Shown here piece after piece: positions 1 to 8,728 of a stretch of 64,000 bases of DNA. The number at the start of each line of letters is the position of its first letter. Position 1 is the first letter of the stretch. Origin of the DNA: Myxococcota bacterium (GTDB taxonomy: Bacteria; Myxococcota_A; UBA9160; UBA4427); NCBI GenBank assembly GCA_965250285.1, contig OZ252299.1, positions 2,048,001 to 2,112,000 on the forward strand. The letters are read 5' to 3'. The position numbers and the translations under genes were made by a program. Below the pieces are notes generated by a model. That model was not told the DNA's origin. It did no database searches and saw nothing but the letters and a program-made list of their open reading frames with translations.

Positions 1-669
1 ACGGGCATGCTCGCGCTGCAGGGCCCCACCTCGGTGGCGATCCTCGCCGCCCTGCTCGATCCGCGGGACCGCGCGACGTTGGAAGCGCTGCGCCGCTTTC
101 GCTTCGACGCGTTTCGGGTGGCAGGCCACGAAGCCCTCGTCTCGTCGACGGGCTACACCGGCGCACCGGGCTTCGAGCTCTACCTCGATGCGGCTTCGAC
201 GGTCGCCGTGTTCGAGGCGCTCCTCGAGGCCGGCGAAGCCCACGGTCTCGAGCCGGCCGGACTCGGCGCGCGAGACACGCTTCGCCTCGAAGCGGCCCTG
301 GCCCTCTATGGCCACGAGCTCGACGACACGACCTCGCCCCTCGAAGCGGGTCTCGATCGGTTCGTGAAGCGCGACCGCGGCGGGTTCATCGGTGCCGAAG
401 CGATCGAGCAGCGCGAGGCGAAGGGGCGCACGCGCCAGCTCATCGGTTTCGAGCTCGAGGGCAAGGGCATCGCGCGGGCCGACTGCACGCTGCTCTCGAA
501 CGGCGAGCCCATCGGCATCGTCACGAGCGGTGCGCCCTCACCGACCCTCGGAAAGTCGATCGGGCTCGGCTACGTTCCGCCCGCCCTCGCGGCCCCGGGC
601 ACCTCGATCCAGGTTCAGGTGCGCAACCGCGAGATCGAGGCCCGCGTGGTCGAAACGCCGTTCGTCTAG
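1..669 (+). CDS. gcvT: Glycine cleavage system aminomethyltransferase T (5'-truncated by window edge)
   Basis: ALQGP, TGYTG..GFE, GLGARDTLRLEA, SPTLGKSIGLGY motifs; frame open from base 1; next to gcvH. Confidence 0.95.
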   Translation, partial: TGMLALQGPTSVAILAALLDPRDRATLEALRRFRFDAFRVAGHEALVSSTGYTGAPGFELYLDAASTVAVFEALLEAGEAHGLEPAGLGARDTLRLEAALALYGHELDDTTSPLEAGLDRFVKRDRGGFIGAEAIEQREAKGRTRQLIGFELEGKGIARADCTLLSNGEPIGIVTSGAPSPTLGKSIGLGYVPPALAAPGTSIQVQVRNREIEARVVETPFV

Positions 670-766
670 GCTCGATCACGTCGTCGCCGCGGTGCTCGAC
701 CCCGCGCGACGAATGGCCAGGCGCCCGGTTGCGGGGGCCACCCCACCCGGTCGAGCGAGGTCACCT

Positions 767-1162
767 GTGTCCGAGTTCGAAGCCCCCAAAGAGCTGCGTT
801 ACAGCAAGGAAGACGAGTGGGTGCGCACCGAGGGTGACCATTTCGTCGTCGGCGTGAGCGACTTCGCCCAGCAGCAGCTCGGTGACGTCGTCTTCGTCGA
901 GCTGCCCGAGATCGGCGCCGAGTTCGCCGCCGGCGACTCGTTCGGCACGATCGAATCGGTCAAGGCCGTGAGCGATTTGTTCTGCCCGATCAGTGGCCGC
1001 ATCACCGAGGTGAACGGCGAGCTCGAAGACGCACCCGAGATCGTGAACAGCGCCCCCTACGGCGCGGGCTGGATCATCAAGATCGAGCCGACCGCTGCCG
1101 ACCCGCTCGCCGACCTGCTCGACGCCGACGGCTACGTCGCGTACTGCGCTACGCGCGACTGA
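767..1162 (+). CDS. gcvH: Glycine cleavage system H protein
   Basis: GTG start at 767; LRYSKEDEW, SDFAQQQLGDVVFVELP, lipoyl motif IESVKAVSD, VNSAPYGAGW. Confidence 0.95.
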   Translation: MSEFEAPKELRYSKEDEWVRTEGDHFVVGVSDFAQQQLGDVVFVELPEIGAEFAAGDSFGTIESVKAVSDLFCPISGRITEVNGELEDAPEIVNSAPYGAGWIIKIEPTAADPLADLLDADGYVAYCATRD

Positions 1163-1217
1163 CGCCACCCCCGAAAGCGCCGACACGGCGCCCGCCTGCG
1201 CGTCCCCCATTCGAAGA

Positions 1218-2192
1218 TCAGCTCGTCTCAGACGACTCCGCGATCCTCTGCCGAGCGACATCGGACCAGGGACCGTCGGCATCGAGCTGCAGATAGCGAC
1301 GCCAGTGCTCCAGGGCCCTCGCGACGCGGCCGAGCTTCTCGTGCAGGAGCGCGAGGTTGATGTGCAGGTCGGGATACATCGGATCGGCCTCGAGCGCAGA
1401 GCGGTAGTGGCGCAGCGCCATCTCGTCTGCGCCGTCCTCTTCGAGCAGATTCGCGAGATTGAAGTGGCCCTCGACGTGGTCTGGGTCGAGCTGCAGGCAG
1501 CGCTGGAAGCAAGCGCGCGCCGCCTCACGGTCGCCGCGGTTGTAGTGCACGGCGCCCAGGTTGCAGTGCGCGTCGGCGAAGCCGGCGTCGAGAGAAAGCG
1601 CGGTCTCGTACGCGTCGATCGCCTCTTGGTAGGTCGACGCGTCAGAATCGAGCCGACAGCCGCGCTCGAACCAGTCGATGACCGTCCGCGCAATGCGCGC
1701 GTCGTCGGCCTCGAGCGTCTCGAAGCCGTCGCCCGACTCGGGGGCGGCGCTGAGGTCGGGCGTGGCGATCGAAGGCAGCTGCCCAGGCCCCCCGGCCGCG
1801 CGTGCGGGCGCGTCGAGCTCAAAGACCATTTGCCCGCTCGGCTCTTCGAGCCGCCCTTCGGGCCGCAGCACGAGGCGGTCGCTCCCCTGCGCCCAGAGGC
1901 TGAGGACGGCGGCCGGGTCTTCGATGTCGGGGTGCAGCGCGCGCACGTCCTCGAGGCCGCGCCGAATCCGCCGCAGCGAGACCCCCGCCTCGATCAGCGC
2001 GAGGATGCTGCGTACGCCCACCAATCCCTTGAAGTCGAGCGCGTCTTGCTGCGCATCGCGCTCCACCTGCACGTCGCCGACGCCCTCCCCCTCGGCGGCG
2101 GGCGCGATGAGCTCGGTGCGCTTCCAGTAGCGCAACCGAGAAGGCTTGACGCGCAGGATGCGCGCAGCGTGCTGAAGCGAGTAGGACGACAC
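1218..2192 (-). CDS. MerR-like HTH plus tetratricopeptide-repeat protein
   Basis: N-terminal AARILRVKPSRLRYW HTH; C-terminal TPRs (DAHCNLG, GHFNLA, LHINLA). Confidence 0.8.
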   Translation of the reverse strand: MSSYSLQHAARILRVKPSRLRYWKRTELIAPAAEGEGVGDVQVERDAQQDALDFKGLVGVRSILALIEAGVSLRRIRRGLEDVRALHPDIEDPAAVLSLWAQGSDRLVLRPEGRLEEPSGQMVFELDAPARAAGGPGQLPSIATPDLSAAPESGDGFETLEADDARIARTVIDWFERGCRLDSDASTYQEAIDAYETALSLDAGFADAHCNLGAVHYNRGDREAARACFQRCLQLDPDHVEGHFNLANLLEEDGADEMALRHYRSALEADPMYPDLHINLALLHEKLGRVARALEHWRRYLQLDADGPWSDVARQRIAESSETS

Positions 2193-2419
2193 ACGCAGAA
2201 TCTAAGCGTTCGTGCGTCGCGTTCCAATCGCGAAGTGCGCACTCGACGCGCCCGCGTGGATCACCCCGCGCGAGTCTCTCCGTGACGACCGTGACCCACC
2301 GTCGACGCGAATGCGCGCGCCGGGCCTCTGCGCGCTGCCCGGTTCCGCGCACGCTCGAACGTGACGCGAATGGTCCCGAGCACGTCGAAACGCGTTCGCG
2401 CACTGCTACGGTTGACGGC

Positions 2420-2518
2420 GGCGAGGTTTCCGACGCTGGTGCCCGGCCTCGACTTCAAATCGAGTGTGAAGCGTCTCGCGACGTTTCAGGCGGGTTCGAT
2501 TCCCGTCCCTCGCCGCCA
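2420..2518 (+). tRNA. selC: tRNA-Sec (anticodon UCA)
   Basis: Anticodon arm CTCGA-CTTCAAA-TCGAG; long variable arm TGAAGCGTC/GACGTTTCA; T-arm GCGGG-TTCGATT-CCCGT; acceptor GGCGAGG/CCTCGCC; G discriminator and CCA. Confidence 0.9.
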
Positions 2519-2804
2519 ACCCGACGCCGCACGCCCGATCGCCCGCGACTCGTGCGCCCCTGCGCGCGCGTGCGAAGCACGTCCCGTGCGGTCGATCCGG
2601 TTCCCCTGTTTCGTCTTCTTCCCGCCGCACTTCGCCTGCACCTTCGCCGCCCGCATTCGGTCGCCCGACACCCGTTGCATCGAGTCGGCCCGGCCCCATC
2701 CTGCTACCGTGAATCAGCGATCTCGAATCGAGATCCGGGCCGTTCGATCCGACCGGACGGCTATCGTCAGCCGGCCCGACGGGGCCCACCTGGAGGTCTG
2801 CTCG

Positions 2805-3161
2805 ATGGGTGCGACGCAAGAAGTGCGAGATGATGTCAGCGTGGTGATCCACCTGCGTGGGATCGAAGACGACGACAGCTTGAAGGTGCATCTCGAGACG
2901 CGCTGCCAGCAGCTCGCGGCCGAGTTCCCCGAGACGACGCACTACGAGCTCACGATCGAGCCCGACGCCGACGACCTGAAGGCCCACGGCCACGTCGTCG
3001 GCAAGAGCACGAACACCGCGGCGCACGCCAACGGGGTCAGTGACGCCCGCGCTGCGGGCGACGCCTTGCTCGAGAAGCTCCACACGGAGCTCCGCCGCGA
3101 TCACGACAAGCGCATCTTCACCCAGCGACGCAAGGAGCAGAAGAAGCGCGCAAACCACTGA
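2805..3161 (+). CDS. HPF/RaiA family ribosome-associated protein
   Basis: GGAGG RBS at 2792; HPF-like pattern (VIHLRGIE...LKVHLE...DALLEKLHTELRRDHDK). Confidence 0.7.
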   Translation: MGATQEVRDDVSVVIHLRGIEDDDSLKVHLETRCQQLAAEFPETTHYELTIEPDADDLKAHGHVVGKSTNTAAHANGVSDARAAGDALLEKLHTELRRDHDKRIFTQRRKEQKKRANH

Positions 3162-3234
3162 GCCGCGAGAGACGAAGCGGTGTGCGGGGCGAGGGAGCTG
3201 CGGCATCGCGCGCAAGACGGCGGCGGTGTCTTCG

Positions 3235-3594
3235 TCAGCTCAAGATCACGTGCAGCTTCAGGCCGAGCACGAAATCTCCGCTCAGCTTCAGTCGACGCTT
3301 GAGCAGGGCTTCGGGTGCCGTCAGCTCGCCCGAGTTCAGCTTGCGCCACGTCGCGACGTCGACCCGGACGCGCAGGTTCTCTTCGCCGTGGTCCCCCGCG
3401 CGACCGGCCACCATGCCCGCCTCGATGTCGATGGTGAACGGCCCGCCCTCTTCGCCCAGCAGCTCGAACACGATGCGCGCCCGGGTCTCGCCGAGCTTCT
3501 CGCGGCGCACGTGATCGGTCGCCACCGACTCGGGGATCCAGCGGGTGAAGAACTCGACGGGGGTGATGTCGTGCGGGGCGCGCCTCATGTCCAT
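3235..3594 (-). CDS. SCP2 sterol-binding domain protein
   Basis: C-terminal ATWRKLNSGELTAPEALLKRRLKLSGDFVLGLKL matches the SCP2 pattern. Confidence 0.75.
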   Translation of the reverse strand: MDMRRAPHDITPVEFFTRWIPESVATDHVRREKLGETRARIVFELLGEEGGPFTIDIEAGMVAGRAGDHGEENLRVRVDVATWRKLNSGELTAPEALLKRRLKLSGDFVLGLKLHVILS

Positions 3595-3607
3595 GGCCGT
3601 CAAGGTG

Positions 3608-3806
3608 ACCCGGGTCGTGCCTCGTGTCCACGGACATCGAGACAACCCGGGTCGTGCCTCGTGTCCACGGACATCGAGACAACACGGGTCGTGCCTCGTG
3701 TCCACGGACATCGAGACAACCCGGGTCGTGCCTCGTGTCCACGGACGTCGAGACAACCCGGGTCGTGCCCCGTGTCCGCGGACGTCCGGGCGACCGGGGC
3801 CGTGCG
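3608..3806. repeat. Tandem array of a 37-bp palindromic unit (about 5.4 copies, no spacers)
   Basis: ACCCGGGTCGTGCCTCGTGTCCACGGACATCGAGACA starting at 3608, 3645, 3682, 3719 and 3756; degenerate partial copy at 3793. Confidence 0.95.
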
Positions 3807-3833
3807 ACAGGTACGGGGGGACGGCCGGGGCGC

Positions 3834-5120
3834 TCAGACCGAGCGACGCAGAGGAGCCGGTCGACCGAAGAGGTACCCCTGACCGAGCGGCACACCGATC
3901 GTGTGCAGCGTCGCGAGTTCTTCGCTCGTCTCGATGCCCTCGGCGATGATCTGCGCACCGAGCTTCACGGCGACGGCGTGCAGCGAGCGCAGCAGCTCTT
4001 GACGCGGCGGATCGGTGTCGATGCCGCGAACGAGCGAGAGGTCGACCTTGATGAAGTCGGGGTTGAGCTCCATGATCGCTTCGAGGCTGCCATACGCGAC
4101 GCCGGTGTCGTCGAGCGCGATCCGAAACCCGAGCTCGGCATAGCGATCCCGCATCTCGCGGAAGATCGAGAAGTTTTCGATCGACTCCTTCTCCGAGATC
4201 TCGAACACGAGGTCGGAGGGGCGCAGCCGAAGCTCCTCGAGCGTCCGGCGGAGCACGTCGCCCCGGAACGTCGGATCGTGAATCGACGTCGGCAGGCAGT
4301 TCAGGAAGAGCAGCTTGCCCGGCGGCAGTCCCTTCGCACCGCGCAGCGCCTGGCGCCGGCACAAGCAGTCGAGCTCGAAGACGAGCCCGGTCTCCTCCGC
4401 CATGCCGAAGAGCGCGGCCGGAGAATGCAGCGGTGAATCCCAGGGTCCGCGCACGAGCGCCTCGTAGCCTGCGATCTCGCGGGTCGTCGTATTGACGATC
4501 GGCTCGTAGAGCACGCTGACGTCCTCGGCGAGGATCAGGTCGACGAACTCGCGACGTCGCTCGCGTCGCTCGAGCTGCGCCGAGAGCGCCGCATCGTGCC
4601 CCGCCTCTTCGAGAGCGAGCGCGATCTGGCGGCCGGGGCCGAGGCCCGGGTTGTAGAAGACGACGGCATGCCCGACCGACAGGCTCGGAGCCTCACGCCG
4701 ATACGGATAGACGATGCTCTGGGCCTGCTCGCCCAGCCGCGTCGAGAGCCGCTCGACGAGGCCCGGGACGGTCTCGCGATAGAAGGTGTGATCGGCGCGG
4801 GGACGGAACATGACGACGAGCAACCGGTCGCCGCGCCCGTCCGTCCACGTCAGCAGGTCGGCGTCCCCGAGGTCACCGTTGCAGACCTCGCCCACGACGC
4901 CGCGAAGCTTGTCGCAGACCGTGCCGTGCGCCTCGACGCCGTAGCCCCGCTCGATGACGGCGAGCGCACTCGCATCGACGAGGATGACCGCGGCCGCGCC
5001 CATCTCTTCGAGGTGCGGACCCACCCAACCCAGGCGCGCCGCGACGTTTTCGTTCGCGGGGCGGCCGTCGGGCTCGCGCAGCTGGGCTGTCCGGAGGGGC
5101 TCGGTCACGTTCTGGAACAT
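3834..5120 (-). CDS. EAL-domain c-di-GMP phosphodiesterase with degenerate GGDEF-like N-terminal domain
   Basis: YEALVR, FLN, VFEISE, IALDDTG, IKVD, IAEGIE, QGY motifs; GRGDRLL at the GGDEF-like position. Confidence 0.9.
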   Translation of the reverse strand: MFQNVTEPLRTAQLREPDGRPANENVAARLGWVGPHLEEMGAAAVILVDASALAVIERGYGVEAHGTVCDKLRGVVGEVCNGDLGDADLLTWTDGRGDRLLVVMFRPRADHTFYRETVPGLVERLSTRLGEQAQSIVYPYRREAPSLSVGHAVVFYNPGLGPGRQIALALEEAGHDAALSAQLERRERRREFVDLILAEDVSVLYEPIVNTTTREIAGYEALVRGPWDSPLHSPAALFGMAEETGLVFELDCLCRRQALRGAKGLPPGKLLFLNCLPTSIHDPTFRGDVLRRTLEELRLRPSDLVFEISEKESIENFSIFREMRDRYAELGFRIALDDTGVAYGSLEAIMELNPDFIKVDLSLVRGIDTDPPRQELLRSLHAVAVKLGAQIIAEGIETSEELATLHTIGVPLGQGYLFGRPAPLRRSV

Positions 5121-5168
5121 CGACCGATCGGCGACTTGAATTGAGGCCGCAGAAGCTCGCGTTTCGCC

Positions 5169-7916
5169 CTACAGAACCGCCCGAAGTGCCTGACCCGTAT
5201 GCGATTCCTTCACGCTGGCGACCACTTGCGGCGTGCCTTGCGCAACCACCCGCCCCCCCTCGGGACCGCCCTCCGGCCCGAGGTCGATCACGTGGTGCGC
5301 CCGGGCGATCACATCGAGGTTGTGCTCGACGACGACGACGTGTCCGCCCTGGTCGAGCAGCGTCTCGAGGGCGGCCAGCAGCACGGCGACGTCGGCCTGG
5401 TGCAAACCGGTCGTCGGCTCGTCGAGCACGTAGAGGCGCCCGGGCTTGGCCTCGGCGATGGCGAGCGCCAGCCGCACGCGCTGATGCTCCCCGCCCGACA
5501 ACGTCGAGAGCGGCTGGCCGAGGGTCAGATAGCCGAGGCCCACCCGTACCAGCGGCTCGAGTCGGCGTACGATGGCGTTGTCTTCGGCGAACACGTCTGC
5601 GGCCTCTTCGATCGTGAGGTCGAGGACGTCGACGATGCTGCGGCCATCGAGCTTCACGTCGAGCACGTCGCGGCGGTAGCGAAGCCCACCGCATTCGTCG
5701 CAGGGCACGCGCAGGTCGTCGAGAAACTGCATGTCGACCACGACCTCGCCGGATCCCTCACATGCGTCGCAACGACCGCCGGGCACGTTGAACGAGAACC
5801 AGCCGGCCCCGAGGCCCATGCGCTTCGCTTCGCGCGTCGCGGCGAACCGCTTGCGGATGCCGTCGAACGCCTTCGTCACCGTGGCCGGGTTCGAACGGGG
5901 GCTGCGCGTCGCCGGAGATTGATCGACGACCACCAGCTCGCGTACGCCGACCGCCTCGACGAGTGCGCTGCCGGCAGGCCCCTGCGGTCGACTGAGCGGT
6001 TCGATCAGACCGGCCCGAACCAGCGTCGACTTGCCCGCACCCGAAACACCGCTGATCGCGACGAGGACGCCGAGGGGCAGATCGACGTTCACATCCTCGA
6101 GGTTGTGCTCCGACAGCCCCTCGATGCGCAGCCGACCGGTCGGAACGCGCTCGGAGGCGGCCGGCGGCAGCAGCTCGCCGCGCAGCGCCTCGCCGGTGCG
6201 CGAGGCCGCGCACGCGCGTACGGCCTCGACGGGGCCCTCGACGAGCAGCGCACCGCCCTGCCTGCCGGCACCGGGGCCGAGATCGATCACGTGATCGGCT
6301 GCCGTGACCACCTCGAGCGCGTGCTCGACCACGACCACCGTGTTCCCGCGGTCGCGGATGTCGGCCAGGATCCCGACCAACGTGTCGATATCACGGGCGT
6401 GCAGACCGACCGTCGGCTCGTCGAGCACGTAGAGCGACGCCGTCAGGTGCCCGGAGAGCGCGGTGGCGAGCTGCATGCGCTGCGCCTCACCGCCCGAGAG
6501 CGTGCGCACGGTGCGATCGAGCGCGAGGTAGCCCAGGCCGACGCGCACGAGCAGACCGAGCCGATGCGCGAGCGCCGGCGCGACGCGGCTGGCGCGGGCC
6601 CGGGCACCCGGCGGCAGATCGAGCGATTGCGACCACGCGTGCAGCTCGGCCAGCGTCAGGCGACCGAGCTCGCCCAGATCGCGGCCAGCGACACGCACCG
6701 ATCGGGCCGCCTCGGAGAGCCGGGTGCCCTCGCAGTCGACGCACGTCTCGTAGCCGCGGTACCGGGCGATCAGCACGCGCGCCTGCACCTTGTAGCGGCG
6801 GCCCTCGAGCCAGTCGAAGAAGCCGCGCACGCCCTCCCAGTCGGGGTCGCCCTCGATCACGAACTCGCGTGCCGCGTCGTCGAGCTCGAGCCAGGGCACG
6901 TCGGTGGGAATGCCCCGCTCTCGACAGATGGCGAGCATCTCGCGCTCGAGCCCGCGCGCCATCTTCGTCGCGAACGGTGCCATCGCGTGCTCTTCGAGAC
7001 TCTTCGTGGGGTCGGGTACGAGGCGCTCACGATCGAGGTCGGTCGTGCGACCGAAGCCCTCGCACGTCGGACAGGCGCCGAGCGGACTGTTGAACGAGAA
7101 GAGCGCGGGCGTCGGCGGGAGGAACACCGCGCCGCAGCTCGCGCAAGCGAGGCCCTCGCGCGCGGTCTCGACGCGGCCGTCGGGCGTGCGAATCTCGAGC
7201 TCGCCCTCCCCGACCCGAAAGGCCGCCTCGACCGCCTCCGCCACGCGGGCGCGGCTCGCGTCGGCCTCGTCCCGCCGAATCGCGATGCGGTCGATCACCA
7301 GCCGCCCGGCGTCGACGAGGCGCGGCAGCGCGTCGTCGGGCGCATCGATCCAATCGACGATCTCGCCGTCATCGGTCATCACGCGCGCGTAGCCGTCGCG
7401 CAGGAGGCGCTCTCGCGTCTCGCCGGGCAGCTCGCCCGCGCCGATCCGGATGGGTGCCGTCACGGTGAAGCGTTCGCCCTCGAACGCGTCGACGATGCGG
7501 TCGGTGACGCCCTCGACGGTGCCCGCCTCGACGGGCGCATCACACGTGCGGCACCACGTTTCGCCGGCGTGTGTGAAGAGCAGGCGCAGGTGGTCGAGCA
7601 CCTCGCTGGCCGTCCCGACGGTACTGCGCGCGGCGGTGACCCGATTGCGCTGCTCGATGGCGATGGCGGGCGGCAGACTCGAGATCGCATCGACTTCGGG
7701 CCGCGCGAGCCGCTCGAGGAATTGCCGTGCATACGTCGACAGCGAGCTGACGTAGCGGCGTTGGCCTTCGGCGTACAGGGTGTCGAATGCGAGCGTCGAC
7801 TTGCCCGAGCCCGATACCCCGGTCACCAGCGTGAGGGAGCCGAGCGGGACGCGACAGCTCACGTCCTTGAGATTGTGGTGCCGCGCGCGGTCGATGCGGA
7901 TGTCACGGGAGCTCAT
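5169..7916 (-). CDS. uvrA: Excinuclease ABC subunit A (UvrA family)
   Basis: Two ABC ATPase modules (GVSGSGKS, GVSGAGKS, LSGGE x2, LDEPT x2); CxxC zinc fingers; FSFNSPLGAC. Confidence 0.93.
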   Translation of the reverse strand: MSSRDIRIDRARHHNLKDVSCRVPLGSLTLVTGVSGSGKSTLAFDTLYAEGQRRYVSSLSTYARQFLERLARPEVDAISSLPPAIAIEQRNRVTAARSTVGTASEVLDHLRLLFTHAGETWCRTCDAPVEAGTVEGVTDRIVDAFEGERFTVTAPIRIGAGELPGETRERLLRDGYARVMTDDGEIVDWIDAPDDALPRLVDAGRLVIDRIAIRRDEADASRARVAEAVEAAFRVGEGELEIRTPDGRVETAREGLACASCGAVFLPPTPALFSFNSPLGACPTCEGFGRTTDLDRERLVPDPTKSLEEHAMAPFATKMARGLEREMLAICRERGIPTDVPWLELDDAAREFVIEGDPDWEGVRGFFDWLEGRRYKVQARVLIARYRGYETCVDCEGTRLSEAARSVRVAGRDLGELGRLTLAELHAWSQSLDLPPGARARASRVAPALAHRLGLLVRVGLGYLALDRTVRTLSGGEAQRMQLATALSGHLTASLYVLDEPTVGLHARDIDTLVGILADIRDRGNTVVVVEHALEVVTAADHVIDLGPGAGRQGGALLVEGPVEAVRACAASRTGEALRGELLPPAASERVPTGRLRIEGLSEHNLEDVNVDLPLGVLVAISGVSGAGKSTLVRAGLIEPLSRPQGPAGSALVEAVGVRELVVVDQSPATRSPRSNPATVTKAFDGIRKRFAATREAKRMGLGAGWFSFNVPGGRCDACEGSGEVVVDMQFLDDLRVPCDECGGLRYRRDVLDVKLDGRSIVDVLDLTIEEAADVFAEDNAIVRRLEPLVRVGLGYLTLGQPLSTLSGGEHQRVRLALAIAEAKPGRLYVLDEPTTGLHQADVAVLLAALETLLDQGGHVVVVEHNLDVIARAHHVIDLGPEGGPEGGRVVAQGTPQVVASVKESHTGQALRAVL

Positions 7917-7944
7917 CGGGTCGCGACTCGCAGAACGCCCCGAC

Positions 7945-8286
7945 TCACGCGCGCGCTCGAAACATCTTGCGGAGCGAGAGGGCGAGCGACAAGGGGCCGT
8001 CGACCCGGAGCCGCTCCTGCATGAACAGCAGATCGGGGTTCACCGTCCCGTCGAGCACCCCGTTCAGGTCGTCGCACGAGAGCTCGAAGGTCAGGTCGGC
8101 GGCCGAGCGCGAGCCCTCGCCGACCTCGAGCTGGCCGTCTCGGATGTCCAGCCAGATCGCCCCCTCGCTCGCGGCCCCCGTCAGCACCAGCTGCACGGTC
8201 AGCCGCTCGCCGTGCGCGGCCGCGGGCTGGAACGATTCGAGCAGCCGGTCGAGGGCCCCGCGCCGTACCGGCGATGCTTGAGACAT
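7945..8286 (-). CDS. SCP2 sterol-binding domain protein
   Basis: ADLTFELSCDDLNGVLDGTVNPDLLFMQERLRVDGPLSLALSL. Confidence 0.8.
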   Translation of the reverse strand: MSQASPVRRGALDRLLESFQPAAAHGERLTVQLVLTGAASEGAIWLDIRDGQLEVGEGSRSAADLTFELSCDDLNGVLDGTVNPDLLFMQERLRVDGPLSLALSLRKMFRARA

Positions 8287-8295
8287 GGCGCGCGC

Positions 8296-8640
8296 TCAGT
8301 CCTCGCCGCGCGTCGCCCAGCGCCGCGCCGACTCGGCGTAGCGCAGCTTGCCGGCCGCCTCGGCCGCGTCGCCGAGCGCGAGCCAGCGATCGGCCGACGG
8401 CGCCTCGCCGAGCGCCTGCCCGACGGCGCGAAACAGGAAGGCGTCGCCTTCCTCGACGGCCCGGTCGGCGAGCGCGCGCAGTCGATCGGTCGCGTTCGCC
8501 TTCTCGAGGAACACCACCGCCTCGGATCCGCGCCCCTCTTCGAGGTACGCGTCGGCCAGCTCGACGGCCTTCTCGGGGCTGAGCTCTCGTTCGATCAGGT
8601 GGCGCCGCTCGAGCGGCCCCGGGATCTTGCTCTTCGCCAT
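8296..8640 (-). CDS. Hypothetical helical-repeat protein
   Basis: ATG at 8640 (MAKSKIPGPLERRHL); co-oriented between moeB and the SCP2 gene; helical Ala-rich pattern. Confidence 0.6.
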   Translation of the reverse strand: MAKSKIPGPLERRHLIERELSPEKAVELADAYLEEGRGSEAVVFLEKANATDRLRALADRAVEEGDAFLFRAVGQALGEAPSADRWLALGDAAEAAGKLRYAESARRWATRGED

Positions 8641-8728
8641 GCGACTCGCTCCATCGAGACGCGGCCGCCGTACGGGCGCCGCGTCCGGTTCGCGCGACCG
8701 CACCTCGCCGGGCACGCGTTCGTTCGGT

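Noticed and set aside
2386..2399. KstR-like box near tRNA-Sec (CGAAACGCGTTCGC)
   Set aside because: Both terminal bases mismatch the consensus and the context is unrelated.
3608..3806. CRISPR array call for the 37-bp repeats
   Set aside because: Units are contiguous with no unique spacers, and there are no cas genes in the window.
5199..8024. Long antisense or alternate-frame ORFs (this 941-aa ORF; also 17534-19834, 21773-23746, 39016-41640)
   Set aside because: Shadow ORFs typical of high-GC DNA, lying opposite well-supported genes and lacking motifs.
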